Shown piece after piece: positions 9,962-20,199 of a stretch of DNA of 64,000 nucleotides. A program made the translations under genes and the position numbers. Source of the stretch: an archaeon (GTDB lineage: Archaea > B1Sed10-29 > JAVZDC01); contig JAVZDC010000001.1 in NCBI GenBank assembly GCA_038874115.1, positions 70,703-134,702 on the forward strand, read 5' to 3'. The notes beneath the pieces were generated by a model. The model was not told where the DNA came from. It saw only the letters and a program-made list of their open reading frames with translations, and did no database searches. How positions within the stretch are numbered: position 1 is the first letter of the stretch; each line of letters begins with the position of its first letter.

Positions 9962-11127
9962 AAATTTTTCACAAGATTTCCAAGTATTTTTATCCCTTTA
10001 TCTATTTTTTCTTCAGATTCATAAGTAAAATTAAGCCTCATACAATCCTTTTCCGGGTTTGTAGCAAAGAATGAATGACCAGGAACAAAAAGCACTTTTT
10101 TTTGAATTGATTTTTTTAATAATAGCTCAGTATCCATCTTTAAACCAGAGATCCAGAAAAACATTCCTCCTTTCGGGATATGCCATTTCGCACTTTTTGG
10201 AAAGTATTTTTCCAAAGATTCGGCCATTGCATCTCTCAATTTTTTATAGTATTTTTTTATAAAATCGATTTGCTTATCTATTTCTTTGGTTTTAAGATAT
10301 TCAAAAAGTAAAAATTGACCAAAACTTGCGGGGCAAAGATCTGCATTTTGTTTTAAAAGCAACATTTTCTCCAATAAATCTTTTGGAACAATGGAAAATG
10401 CTAAGCGGAAACCAGGGCAGAATGTTTTTGAAAAAGTACTAATATAAATTACTCGATCATTTCTATCGAGAGCTTTTATGGGGAGATATTCTAATTTGTC
10501 ATAAGCAAGTTCGCCATAAGGATCATCCTCTAAAATATAAAAATCGTGTTTTTCCGCAAGTTCCAGAAGATGTTTCTTTTTTTCTAAAGTCGCAGTAGAA
10601 CCATGAGGATTATGAAAGATGGGAATTGTGTAAAAGAATTTTATTTTTGTTGTTTTTAATTTATTTTCTAATTCATAAGTATCCAACCCATCTTCAACAA
10701 GTTTAATTTCCATGTACTTTGGTCCACAAAAATTGAAAGCACACAAAGCCCCAACATAAGTTGGTCTCTCAACGCCGATTATATCTCCCTCATCAATAAA
10801 AAGCTGCGGTACAAGATAAAGCATTTGTTGGGATCCAGTAGTTATGTAAATATTTTCAAAACCTGTTTTTATTTTTCTTCTTCTTTTTACGAATCTAGCC
10901 AATTCTTCCCTTACGAAATTAAATCCTTCTGATGGACCATATTGAAGAGCTAAATCTCCTTTTTCTTCAATGATTCCCAATAAATGTTTTAGCATAAATT
11001 CTTTAGGGAATGTGTTGACGCTCGGCATTCCTCCAGAAAAAGAAATAACATCTTTTTCAGAAACAATTTTCAAAAGTTGTCTGATCGGAGATTGTTTCAA
11101 ATAAGTAGTATTCTTTGATAATTTCAT
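9958..11127 (-). CDS. PLP-dependent class I aminotransferase (LysN/ARO8-like)
   Basis: ISFSGGMP, ALQYG, TTGSQQ, HNPHG, EDDPY, STFSKTFCPGFR. Confidence 0.9.
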   Translation of the reverse strand: MKLSKNTTYLKQSPIRQLLKIVSEKDVISFSGGMPSVNTFPKEFMLKHLLGIIEEKGDLALQYGPSEGFNFVREELARFVKRRRKIKTGFENIYITTGSQQMLYLVPQLFIDEGDIIGVERPTYVGALCAFNFCGPKYMEIKLVEDGLDTYELENKLKTTKIKFFYTIPIFHNPHGSTATLEKKKHLLELAEKHDFYILEDDPYGELAYDKLEYLPIKALDRNDRVIYISTFSKTFCPGFRLAFSIVPKDLLEKMLLLKQNADLCPASFGQFLLFEYLKTKEIDKQIDFIKKYYKKLRDAMAESLEKYFPKSAKWHIPKGGMFFWISGLKMDTELLLKKSIQKKVLFVPGHSFFATNPEKDCMRLNFTYESEEKIDKGIKILGNLVKNL

Positions 11128-11180
11128 AATAAAAATAAACTATTTTCGAGTATAAAAACATTAAAGATATTAAAAAGTAA

Positions 11181-11208
11181 AGTTAAAAAAATAAAAAAAG
11201 TGGGGGTT
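11181..11208 (-). terminator. Probable oligo-T terminator of ftsZ
   Basis: Minus strand reads ACCCCCACTTTTTTTATTTTTTT directly after the ftsZ stop. Confidence 0.5.
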
Positions 11209-12309
11209 TTATCTCAAATAAGCAATTCCAAGAGAGGAATCGACAAAGTCTTTTTCCACGGAGCTCAATGTCCCTGTGGATGATTTAAGGTTGTCAGAAA
11301 CTGGACCTTTTATGTGTTGGGATTTTACTCCAGTCATGATGGCAATCACAGATATTTGTCCTTCAAATTCTGGAACTATTCTTGCTCCAACGATTACTTG
11401 CGCTGCTGGGTCTATCGCTTGCGTTAATTTTTCCGCAATTGTGTTTGCATCGCCTAGAGTCATGTCAAGTCCACCCGTAATGTGGATCAAAGCTCCTTTT
11501 GCTCCGCTGTAGTCGACATCCAATAAGCTGTTTTTCAAAGTATCCTCTACAACATCCTGAACTCGGTTGTGGCCGCGGCCTACACCTACTGAAATTACTG
11601 AAACTCCTCCCTGAGTCATTATGCTTCGAATATCTGCGTAGTCTAGGTTGATCAAAGATGGAACAGTTATCGTTTCAGTTATTCCTTTTACTGCTCTCGC
11701 AATAACCTCATCTGCTACTCCGAAAGCAGCTTCCATAGGCAAATTAGGAACAAGTTCAACCAATCGGTTGTTATCGATTATAACTACAGTGTCCGCAACT
11801 TTTCTAAGCTTCTGAATTCCTTCGTCTGCTTTTATCATTCTAGCCCTTTCAACTCTGAATGGGTAGGTTGCCATAGCAATAACGATTGCGCCTTGCTCTT
11901 TTGCAATGTCTGCAATAACTGGTGCAGCACCGGTACCTGTTCCTCCTCCCATTCCAGCGGCTAAGAATAACATGTCTGTACCTTCTAAAAGTTTAGACAA
12001 TTCTGCACGAGAAACTTCTGCAGCTTTTGCTCCAACTTCTGGAATGCCACCTGCTCCAAGACCTCTTGTAACACTTTGACCTATTAATACTTTCTTTATC
12101 GATTCGTGCATTAAACTCAAATGTTGTTTGTCGGTGTTAATTGCAATAAGTTCTGCGTTTGCTACACCCATTTTTGCAATTCTGTTTAATGTATTGTTTC
12201 CGGCTCCCCCTACTCCAACAACAACAATTTTTGGCCCATCTAACAATTTTACTGGCCCAGAGGCCTGTTGTGGGCCCAAACTAAGAGCATTTCTAACTAT
12301 CGACTCCAT
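11209..12309 (-). CDS. ftsZ: Cell division protein FtsZ
   Basis: [36 protein letters not shown]; SD GAGGTGA upstream. Confidence 0.97.
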   Translation of the reverse strand: MESIVRNALSLGPQQASGPVKLLDGPKIVVVGVGGAGNNTLNRIAKMGVANAELIAINTDKQHLSLMHESIKKVLIGQSVTRGLGAGGIPEVGAKAAEVSRAELSKLLEGTDMLFLAAGMGGGTGTGAAPVIADIAKEQGAIVIAMATYPFRVERARMIKADEGIQKLRKVADTVVIIDNNRLVELVPNLPMEAAFGVADEVIARAVKGITETITVPSLINLDYADIRSIMTQGGVSVISVGVGRGHNRVQDVVEDTLKNSLLDVDYSGAKGALIHITGGLDMTLGDANTIAEKLTQAIDPAAQVIVGARIVPEFEGQISVIAIMTGVKSQHIKGPVSDNLKSSTGTLSSVEKDFVDSSLGIAYLR

Positions 12310-12483
12310 TTACGTCACCTCTTTTACATTTCATTGAAGTATCAGAATACATCTATATATAAATCCTTTTCTAATGTATCTGAAAAGTACTTCCACTAAA
12401 ATTTCTATGTTTTTCACAGTTGTGATCCGATAGATTTAAATAGATGAAAAAAGAAAATATTTGGTTTGCTCGAGGTGACTCAC

Positions 12484-12708
12484 ATGACAACAGTAAATTG
12501 CCCAAATTGCAAAAGTAAAATAAATCTTCAAAATAATATAGAAGTTGGAGATTTTATTACTTGCCCCGTATGTGGCGCAGAACTTGAAGTTATTAAAAAG
12601 AAAAATAAGTTGGATGTTATTCTCATAACTCTGCCTGAAGAAACTGAAATGGACTTATCGGATCTAGGAGAAGAAGAACTTGAAGATATTGGAGGAGAAG
12701 ATTATTAG
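12484..12708 (+). CDS. LysW-like zinc-ribbon protein with an acidic tail
   Basis: SD GAGGTGA then ATG at 12484; CPNC...EVGDFITCPVCGAELEV; ends EDIGGEDY rather than EDWGE. Confidence 0.65.
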   Translation: MTTVNCPNCKSKINLQNNIEVGDFITCPVCGAELEVIKKKNKLDVILITLPEETEMDLSDLGEEELEDIGGEDY

Positions 12709-13545
12709 TTAAAATAATATTGGTAAAATAAAGGCAAGTAAACCAGAAAATAGAGCATACAAAGTATTTTTTCTTATTTCTTTCCAATTCTTTTTCTTTA
12801 CAACTTTTAAAGAGTTAAAAATAAAATAGACAGTTAAACCATAAAAAAGAAGATAAATTGGGTTCAAAAAATATCTAGGTAAAAAGAACCAAACAAATAA
12901 ACCAAGAAAAACAGATATTGTGAGACTTACTTTTGCAAAAAACATTGCTTTCTCATCTCCAATTAAAATTGGTAAAGTTTTTCTACCTGTCAATCTGTCT
13001 CCTTTTTTATCCTGAATACTTTTGAAAATTTCTCTTCCATAACCCATGAAAAAAGCGATTGCCGAGATGATTAAAACATCTAAACTTAGACTACCAACAC
13101 TCATCGCTCCATACGGAAATGGGATCGCCATAGTTAATGCTATGGCAACATTGCCGAAAATTGTATTTTTTAATTGGAAATCATACAATATTGAAATTAA
13201 AGAAAAGAGAATAACAATGAAAAAGCAGAAAAGATTAACTAAATAACCAGTTAAGAATGCAAGTATAAAACTCGACCAAATCAAAAATTTTACTTGTTTT
13301 GGTTTAATCTTACTCGAAACAAGAGGTCTATCATACCTTTTGTTTTTACAATCGGTCTCATAATCTAAATAATCATTCAAGGCAAAAGCTCCAATAGAAA
13401 CGAAAAAAGGTGCTATTAAAGCTAAAAGAGATATGCTTCTCGTCGTCAAAATCTGCCCAACAAGTATCGCCAGTATTATAAAAAAAGCATGATCTAATCT
13501 TACCAAATCATAATATGCTTTAATTATCTCTTTAAGCTTTCCCAT
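12709..13545 (-). CDS. UbiA-family prenyltransferase, probable digeranylgeranylglyceryl phosphate synthase
   Basis: NDYLDYETDCKNKRYDRPL, GREIFKSIQDKKGD, KTLP. Confidence 0.85.
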   Translation of the reverse strand: MGKLKEIIKAYYDLVRLDHAFFIILAILVGQILTTRSISLLALIAPFFVSIGAFALNDYLDYETDCKNKRYDRPLVSSKIKPKQVKFLIWSSFILAFLTGYLVNLFCFFIVILFSLISILYDFQLKNTIFGNVAIALTMAIPFPYGAMSVGSLSLDVLIISAIAFFMGYGREIFKSIQDKKGDRLTGRKTLPILIGDEKAMFFAKVSLTISVFLGLFVWFFLPRYFLNPIYLLFYGLTVYFIFNSLKVVKKKNWKEIRKNTLYALFSGLLAFILPILF

Positions 13546-14228
13546 AAAATTTCTTCTCTTGGATTTACAACTATTCCATTTTCAGTTATCTCATACGGAT
13601 GAATTTTTTGATTATGCTTTGTACCTCTCATTTTCCTTATGAAGAGAGCTCTTTGAGGCGGTAAAAAATAAAGAGATATAACTCCATCTGCGATAAATTC
13701 TTCGATTCCAAATCTAGAATACTGATCTCTTTGGCCGAAAGTTTCGCTCGTTAAAATTGTAGTGCATTTCATCTCTTTTAATTCTTCTGAAAGTTTGAAA
13801 AGATTATATCTTAGCTCGGCTTCGTTTGGAACCCACATTCCAAAAGCAGTTGTAGAGTCCACCACTAATCTTTTAGCATTCATGCCATCAACGATCTTCT
13901 TTATTTTTTCTATTTCCTCGTCGAATTTTTCTGCGAACCTTTTTGGTTCAAACAAAGAAAGCTTGTATATTTTAATTAAGTTTTCCTGTTCATATTTTGT
14001 TAAATTCCAACGAAAAGCTCGCATGTTCCACCAAATATTCGTTGGACCTTCTTCTAAAGAAATGTATATTCCCGGTTCTCCATAAACTTCTGCTCCCTTG
14101 TATATGTACTGCAAAGCAAAAATAGTTTTTCCTGTACCAGTTCCTCCAGATACTAAAATAGAAGCTCCTTCTAAAAAACCGCCTTCTATTAATTCATCAA
14201 GACCAGGGATTCCAGATGGAACTCTCAT
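13524..14228 (-). CDS. KaiC/RAD55-like single-domain RecA-superfamily ATPase
   Basis: SGIPGLDELIEGG, GGTGTGKT, SLEE, RLVVDS, KMRGT. Confidence 0.9.
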   Translation of the reverse strand: MRVPSGIPGLDELIEGGFLEGASILVSGGTGTGKTIFALQYIYKGAEVYGEPGIYISLEEGPTNIWWNMRAFRWNLTKYEQENLIKIYKLSLFEPKRFAEKFDEEIEKIKKIVDGMNAKRLVVDSTTAFGMWVPNEAELRYNLFKLSEELKEMKCTTILTSETFGQRDQYSRFGIEEFIADGVISLYFLPPQRALFIRKMRGTKHNQKIHPYEITENGIVVNPREEILWESLKR

Positions 14229-14249
14229 AAAAAAGAATAAATCAAATCA

Positions 14250-14263
14250 AATATTTAAATATT
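14250..14263. promoter_or_regulatory. Palindromic TATA-like element upstream of the kaiC-like gene
   Basis: AATATTTAAATATT, a perfect 14-bp palindrome 22-35 nt before the ATG at 14228; no SD, so probably a leaderless mRNA. Confidence 0.45.
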
Positions 14264-14450
14264 ACTTTTGTTGATCGTTAGTCTCAGTATCGTGTTCTCC
14301 ATCTTCATTATTCCCAGTTACCATTTCAACTAATTTTGGGTCTGCACCACACCATTTGTAAACTTCATCAAAACTTTCAGGTGAATCGTTGCACATAAAC
14401 TTCTTGTGTTTAATGAGATATTTAAACTTATCTCGTGCCATCCAAACCAA
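14262..14450 (-). CDS. Small hypothetical protein or gene remnant
   Basis: 62-aa ORF fills an otherwise empty gap; no recognised motif. Confidence 0.3.
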   Translation of the reverse strand: MVWMARDKFKYLIKHKKFMCNDSPESFDEVYKWCGADPKLVEMVTGNNEDGEHDTETNDQQK

Positions 14451-14514
14451 ATAAACGATATTCTTAAATATTCAAAAAGCAATTAAAAAATAATAAAATT
14501 TCAAGGTGAAGTAT

Positions 14515-14673
14515 ATGGTGAAAATGCTTCAAGTTTGTCCAATTTGTTTTTCTACAACGGGGGCAAGCATAGTTTTAGAAGATAACGGCCAAGGAGTTCT
14601 TGTTTGTCCGCAAAATGCAGCCCATAAATTCAGAGTAGATACAAACGGGTTTTTAGAGCAAATAAAATGGTAG
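14515..14673 (+). CDS. 52-aa zinc-ribbon microprotein (absent from the ORF track)
   Basis: SD AAGGTGA; MVKMLQVCPICFSTTGASIVLEDNGQGVLVCPQNAAHKFRVDTNGFLEQIKW; overlaps the xpd start. Confidence 0.7.
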   Translation: MVKMLQVCPICFSTTGASIVLEDNGQGVLVCPQNAAHKFRVDTNGFLEQIKW

Positions 14674-16451
14674 CTGTATCTGCTATATACTTCAGACATA
14701 ATAAATTTAGAGAATCTCAAAAAGAACTAATAAAGGATTGTATAACTGTTCTTAACGATAAAAAAATTTTACTGGCTCATGCACCTACCGGGCTTGGTAA
14801 AACAGACGCTGTTCTTGGATCTTGTTTTACTTGGGCTTGGAAAAACAATTTATCCGTACTTTTCTTAACCCCTAAAATATCCCAACATTTTCTTGCTTTA
14901 GATGTTTTAAAAGGAATTTCAGAAAAATACTCTTTAGACTTTTGTGCAACAGATGTTGTTGGCAAAAAATACCTTTGCTCTCATCCTCTTGTTTCCTCCA
15001 CAAGCAAAGAGGACATTTATGAGTTTTGTAATCGTTTAAAAGCAAAAGAAAAATGTGAATACTACTTAAATTCAGAGGATATAGAAATTAGTGGAATCTT
15101 ATCCCATATCGAAATTAAAGAAAAAGCGTTGGAATTCGAAAATACTCCTTGTCCTTATGAAATTTTATTAAACAACGCGAGAAAAAATATTGTTACAATA
15201 GCAGATTATTTTCACATATTCAACCCGGGAATTTGCAAAGTTTTCTTAAACAGAATTAAGAAAAAATTAGAAAACATAATCTTGGTTGTAGACGAAGCCC
15301 ACAATTTACCGGACAGAGTAAGAGAAGTACTTAGCGTAAGTATTACAAAAAATATTTTGAAAAACGCACAAGAGGAGGCTAACTTACTTAAAAATAAAGA
15401 ACTTGTTTCTTTCTTTAGAAAAGCAATAAAAGAATTTGACAAAGTGGAAGGAGAAAGAGTTGTATTCCAAAATGAGTTGAGTGTAGACGAGGATTTATTG
15501 GAAGATATGAGGGAAACTGGATTGGATTATCTTGAATTAACCAATCGGTCAAAATCCGCATGCTTAAAAGCATACTCTTTTTATAGTTCTTGGCTTGATG
15601 ATTCTCCAGGGTATTTGAGAATATGTACAGAAAGACAAACAAAAAGAATTTCTAAAAAATGTTTGGATCCTGGAATTTTTACTTCTGAAATTTTTAAGAA
15701 AACGTATGCAAGCATTTTAATGAGTGGTACTTTACAACCGTTAGACATGTATCGAGATCTTTTAGGTTTAGATCAAAAAAGAACAGTAATGAAGAGTTAT
15801 CCTTCCCCATTTCCAAAAGAAAATAGATTAAATTTGATTATCCCGACAGCGACAACAAAGTTTTCTGCAAGGACAAAAGAAGAATATTTGAAAATTCATG
15901 AAAAAATAAACAGTATTCTAAAATGTGTAAAAGGAAACGTAGCTGTATTCTTCCCGTCTTATGATGTTTTAAACGCAGTAGTTGAGTGTGGGACATTTTG
16001 CAAAGAACAAATAATTCAAAAAAATAAAGCGAACCCAGAGGAGGTTTCAAACATTTTGGAAAAACTTAAATCAAATAATTCCGACTATGTTTTGCTTGGG
16101 GTTGCTGGAGGTTCTTTTGCAGAAGGGGTAGATTTTCCAAACAACTGTTTAAAAGGAGTAATAGTTGTTGGAGTTCCTTTGGCTGAACCAGATTTAGAAA
16201 CTAAAAGTCTAATAGAATACTACGAACATAAATTTGGGAAAGGATGGGCATATGGATATATTTACCCTGCCATAATTAAAGCAATTCAAGCAGGGGGAAG
16301 AGTAATTAGAAGTGAAAAGGATAAGGGGTTTATTTTGTTTTTAGATTCACGATATACTTGGAAAAATTATTCAAACTGCTTACCAAAAGAGTTGGACTTT
16401 AAAATTTGTGAAAATCCAGAAAAAGAAATTTTAGAGTTCTTTAAAAATTAA
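14667..16451 (+). CDS. xpd: XPD/Rad3 Fe-S DNA helicase
   Basis: APTGLGKT, Cys cluster (CSH..C..C..CPY), VDEAHN, MSGTL, EGVDF, QAGGRVIR. Confidence 0.92.
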   Translation: MVAVSAIYFRHNKFRESQKELIKDCITVLNDKKILLAHAPTGLGKTDAVLGSCFTWAWKNNLSVLFLTPKISQHFLALDVLKGISEKYSLDFCATDVVGKKYLCSHPLVSSTSKEDIYEFCNRLKAKEKCEYYLNSEDIEISGILSHIEIKEKALEFENTPCPYEILLNNARKNIVTIADYFHIFNPGICKVFLNRIKKKLENIILVVDEAHNLPDRVREVLSVSITKNILKNAQEEANLLKNKELVSFFRKAIKEFDKVEGERVVFQNELSVDEDLLEDMRETGLDYLELTNRSKSACLKAYSFYSSWLDDSPGYLRICTERQTKRISKKCLDPGIFTSEIFKKTYASILMSGTLQPLDMYRDLLGLDQKRTVMKSYPSPFPKENRLNLIIPTATTKFSARTKEEYLKIHEKINSILKCVKGNVAVFFPSYDVLNAVVECGTFCKEQIIQKNKANPEEVSNILEKLKSNNSDYVLLGVAGGSFAEGVDFPNNCLKGVIVVGVPLAEPDLETKSLIEYYEHKFGKGWAYGYIYPAIIKAIQAGGRVIRSEKDKGFILFLDSRYTWKNYSNCLPKELDFKICENPEKEILEFFKN

Positions 16452-16984
16452 ACCTTCAAAGCTTTTGAAAAACGAGAGACAAAAGCATAAAGTGAAATTA
16501 TCAATATTAATTGAAGAGAAATTATTAGATTGTTTGATAAAATACCAAAAAACAGAATGCTGGATCTTATGGGCCGAAGAGAGATTTTTTCCCCTATTTG
16601 TTTTTTCAAATAAGCATCCAATAAGGCACTTTCATAGCTAGCAAAAAAAGTAAAAGCTAATGTTAAAAATCCAATCAAGTATTGATGGGTTGCAAAAATT
16701 ATTGTTCCAAGAATCACAAAGTCATTGATTCTATCTACTAATTTGTCAAAAAAACTTCCAAACTTTGTGGGCTTAAAATATTTTCTTGCAGAAATTCCAT
16801 CAAAAGCATCAAAAACATTTGCCAAGAGAAAAACAAATGCTGCAAACATGAAATCTTTTTGAAAAATTAAAATGCTTGAGCAAAAAGTCAAAAGAACACT
16901 AACTAAAGTCAGAATGTTGGGCTCCCATCTTGGGCAAAAAGGTTCTAAAAGATTTTCTAATTTCTTTTGTTTTTCTGTTTTCAT
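16448..16984 (-). CDS. CDP-alcohol phosphatidyltransferase (archaeal polar lipid synthase)
   Basis: PNILT, DAFDGISAR...FGSFFDKLVDRIND. Confidence 0.9.
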   Translation of the reverse strand: MKTEKQKKLENLLEPFCPRWEPNILTLVSVLLTFCSSILIFQKDFMFAAFVFLLANVFDAFDGISARKYFKPTKFGSFFDKLVDRINDFVILGTIIFATHQYLIGFLTLAFTFFASYESALLDAYLKKQIGEKISLRPIRSSILFFGILSNNLIISLQLILIISLYAFVSRFSKALKV

Positions 16985-17039
16985 GTTTTAAGTATGTAAG
17001 TAAAAATATTTAAACCTTTAAAAAGAAGATATTAAATGG

Positions 17040-17276
17040 ATGGATATGACATCGATAGGTGCAGCTATAGATAAGTTCTTTGATAAAATAGCCGATTTTG
17101 TAACTTTCTTTATTTGCTACACAATCGTGGTATTTATCCTCGGAGAATTTTATGGAATTTGGTTTGGCATGGCGAATTCAGAGTTCGTCTGGTATCCAAT
17201 ATATCTTTTATTTATAGTCCTTTTGTACAAAGTTTTAAAAGACTATTCTAAACAATCCGGAAAGTCCAAGAAATGA
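17040..17276 (+). CDS. Small two-TM membrane protein
   Basis: Two hydrophobic segments and a basic C-terminus. Confidence 0.6.
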   Translation: MDMTSIGAAIDKFFDKIADFVTFFICYTIVVFILGEFYGIWFGMANSEFVWYPIYLLFIVLLYKVLKDYSKQSGKSKK

Positions 17277-17736
17277 ATTCTGGACCGTAGAAATAGCCCA
17301 CGAAGGCGATCAGTAAGTATTTTAATAATTTTCCAGTGAGTAATGGCCCAAAGAAATTTTTAAAAGGATATCTTGTTAATCCGCAAAAAATCCCAACAAA
17401 ATCAAAGGGCAGAGGTAAAAAAGCAAATAGGAATATGATCACACTTGGCTTGTATTTTTGAAAATAGGTTCTTATTTCTTCAAGTTTCTGTTTATACTTT
17501 TTTAACAATATATTTCCTCCAAGACCTGCAAAATACCCTGTTGTTTCTCCTACTGCTGCACCTAAACCTGCAAGTAAAGCAATTAAGAAAGGGTCAAAAT
17601 TCCGCGTACTTGCCTCTAAAAATATTATAGCGAATGCGGGGGTTGGAAGGAAAATTGAAAAAGAGCTTAAAAAACCTAAGAGAAATGCGCCAAGATAGCC
17701 AAAAGTATCCATCAAGAATCTAAAGAACAATTCCAT
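17248..17736 (-). CDS. DedA/VTT (YqaA-like) membrane protein
   Basis: AGLGAAVGETTGYFAG, PLPFDFVGIFCG, GKLLKY. Confidence 0.85.
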   Translation of the reverse strand: MELFFRFLMDTFGYLGAFLLGFLSSFSIFLPTPAFAIIFLEASTRNFDPFLIALLAGLGAAVGETTGYFAGLGGNILLKKYKQKLEEIRTYFQKYKPSVIIFLFAFLPLPFDFVGIFCGLTRYPFKNFFGPLLTGKLLKYLLIAFVGYFYGPEFISWTFRIV

Positions 17737-17784
17737 AATTTAATAAGTGTTATATTTAAAAACTATTTATCGTATAATACTATT

Positions 17785-18294
17785 ATGCGACTCCAGATGG
17801 GTACTATTTCAAGTTTTGAACATTCGAAATTAATCCCACTTTTAAAAGATTTTAAAAAATACAAAAATATTAAGGTAGAATTTTGGCATTCTGAACTCCC
17901 TCTTTTTTGCAGTCTTTCACTCCCAAAACCTATAAAAAAAGTGAACTTTGAGGATTGCAACCATGTTATCGCATACATCGATGGGAAAAAGGCTTTTGAA
18001 CTTTATGGAAAGCCACTAAAAGCTGGCGGAATGCTATATGAAAAAAACCTGAGTCAAAAAGAGCTTTCTAAACTTGAAGAAATTCTAAGTAAACATGAAA
18101 TATACACTTTTAGAAAATTTAAAGAAGTAAAATATATTATACGGTACAACATGCTTATCTCAGCATTTCTTTTATTATTTTTATCTCTACTTGTGTTAAT
18201 CTCGAGCATCGAAACACAGAACATAACATATGGATTACTAAGTTTGCTTGCATGCATATATAGTACAATTTTAGTGTACCTTTATTCTGGGTGA
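17785..18294 (+). CDS. Hypothetical protein with two C-terminal TM helices
   Basis: 169-aa ORF directly upstream of metG. Confidence 0.55.
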   Translation: MRLQMGTISSFEHSKLIPLLKDFKKYKNIKVEFWHSELPLFCSLSLPKPIKKVNFEDCNHVIAYIDGKKAFELYGKPLKAGGMLYEKNLSQKELSKLEEILSKHEIYTFRKFKEVKYIIRYNMLISAFLLLFLSLLVLISSIETQNITYGLLSLLACIYSTILVYLYSG

Positions 18295-18300
18295 TAATTT

Positions 18301-20199
18301 TTGAAATTTATAATTACTTCTGCATTGCCATATGTAAATTACGTACCGCATTTAGGGCACTTTGTTGGGTGCGTATTGCCAGCTGATATTTATTCTAGGT
18401 TTCTTAAAAAGCAAGGTCATAAAGTTATTTACGTTTGTGGAACCGATGAATATGGAAGTACGAGTGAAATAGAGGCTTTAAAAAGAGGGATCTCTCCACA
18501 ACAACTTTGCGATGAAAACCATGAAATTCAAAAAAAATGCTTTTTAGCTTTAGGCTGTGAATTTGATGTATTTGGCCGTACGACTGCAAAAGAACACAAT
18601 AAGTTCACTCAAGATTTTTATATTCAATTAAAAAACAATGGTTTCATATACTTCAAAGAAATTGAACAAATGTTCTGCGAAAAATGCTCCAGATTTTTGC
18701 CAGATAGATTTATAATAGGAAAATGTCCAGCATGCGGAGAGGAAGCTCGCGGAGATCAGTGCGAGAAATGTGGAAAGTTACTGGAACCTACGGAACTATT
18801 AGAACCTAAATGCGCAATATGCAACTCAACACCTGTTTTAAAAAAGACTGAACATGCTTTTTTTGCACTTTCAAAGTTTGGAGAGCAACTTTATGAGTGG
18901 ATCTCAAAAAATGAACATTGGTTCCAAAACGCAAGGAATTTTGCTTTAAACATGCTGAAAGAAGGCTTGATTGATAGAGATATTTCAAGAGATATTGAGT
19001 GGGGAGTAAAAATGCCGGATAGGAAAGATAAAGTATTTTATTCCTGGTTTGATGCTCCTTTAGGGTACATATCTTTCACAAAAATGATTGGAAAAGAACA
19101 ATGGTGGAAAGATAAAAATACCAAAGTAGTTCATTTCATAGGTAAAGATAACATCCCATTCCACACTATTTTCTTTCCAGCAATGCTCATGGCGCATGGA
19201 GAATATACGTTACCATACCAGATAGCATCTTCTGAATTTTTAAATTTTGAAGGTCAAAAATTCTCAAAAAGCAAAAGAATCGGTGTCTTTTTACCTGATG
19301 CTATAGAGCTTCTCCCTGCAGACTATTGGAGATATTATTTAATCGCGAATGCTCCGGATAAAAGAGATACTGATTTTACTTGGGATGATTTTGCTCAAAA
19401 AATAAACTCTGATCTTAACGATACTTTGGGAAATTTTGTGCAAAGAGTTTTAGTGCTTAGTAAAAAAGCTTCTATCAAGTATATACCAGATCAAAAAGTT
19501 GTAGAAAAGGTAGAGGAAACTTATGAAAAATACTTAAAGGAGATGCAACAAATTCATTTAAAAGCAGCTCTAAATTTGGTTTTTGATTTGCTAAGGTTCG
19601 GAAATGCATATTTAAGTGAAAAGCAGCCTTGGAAAAATCCAGAAGTTCTAGATGAATGCGTGGACTCTTGCTTAGTTATATTAAAAGCAACAGTAGTAAT
19701 GTTGGACCCATTTTTACCAGAGACATCTAAAAAAATAAGAACCTTTTTGAACTTTACTTCTGATAATTTTAAAAACGGTAAAGTATCCATAGGGGAATTT
19801 TCGCCTTTATTTAGGAAGATTACTGAGAAAGAATTGGAAACTTGGAAAAACAAGTTTGGAGGTAAAAGTATGGAGAGCTCAGAATATATAGAGTTAAGTG
19901 ATTTTGAAAAAATAGTTCTTAAGGTTGGAGTTGTAAAAGAAGCAGAAAAAATATCGGGAACTAAACTAATACGATTAAGCGTTGATACTGGAGAAAAAGT
20001 AAGGACTATTGTTGCTGGAGTTCCTTATGAACCTCAAGAAATCATAGGGAAAAACATAGTTGTAGTTACAAACTTGAAACCAAAAACGATAAGAGGAATA
20101 ACTTCAGAAGGAATGTTGCTTGCTGTTGAAGATTCGAACGGGCAAGTATCTATTTTAACAACCGATAAAAAAGTTAGCGCAGGTTTAAGAGTGAAATGA
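18301..20199 (+). CDS. metG: Methionyl-tRNA synthetase with C-terminal tRNA-binding domain
   Basis: ALPYVNYVPHLGH, Zn knuckles, WFDAP, GKDN, KFSKS, VVTNLKP..SEGMLL; TTG start. Confidence 0.96.
   Translation: MKFIITSALPYVNYVPHLGHFVGCVLPADIYSRFLKKQGHKVIYVCGTDEYGSTSEIEALKRGISPQQLCDENHEIQKKCFLALGCEFDVFGRTTAKEHNKFTQDFYIQLKNNGFIYFKEIEQMFCEKCSRFLPDRFIIGKCPACGEEARGDQCEKCGKLLEPTELLEPKCAICNSTPVLKKTEHAFFALSKFGEQLYEWISKNEHWFQNARNFALNMLKEGLIDRDISRDIEWGVKMPDRKDKVFYSWFDAPLGYISFTKMIGKEQWWKDKNTKVVHFIGKDNIPFHTIFFPAMLMAHGEYTLPYQIASSEFLNFEGQKFSKSKRIGVFLPDAIELLPADYWRYYLIANAPDKRDTDFTWDDFAQKINSDLNDTLGNFVQRVLVLSKKASIKYIPDQKVVEKVEETYEKYLKEMQQIHLKAALNLVFDLLRFGNAYLSEKQPWKNPEVLDECVDSCLVILKATVVMLDPFLPETSKKIRTFLNFTSDNFKNGKVSIGEFSPLFRKITEKELETWKNKFGGKSMESSEYIELSDFEKIVLKVGVVKEAEKISGTKLIRLSVDTGEKVRTIVAGVPYEPQEIIGKNIVVVTNLKPKTIRGITSEGMLLAVEDSNGQVSILTTDKKVSAGLRVK

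Noticed and set aside
13524-14228. KaiC as a circadian clock component
   Set aside because: Single-domain KaiC-like ATPases are common in archaea, and no kaiA or kaiB is present
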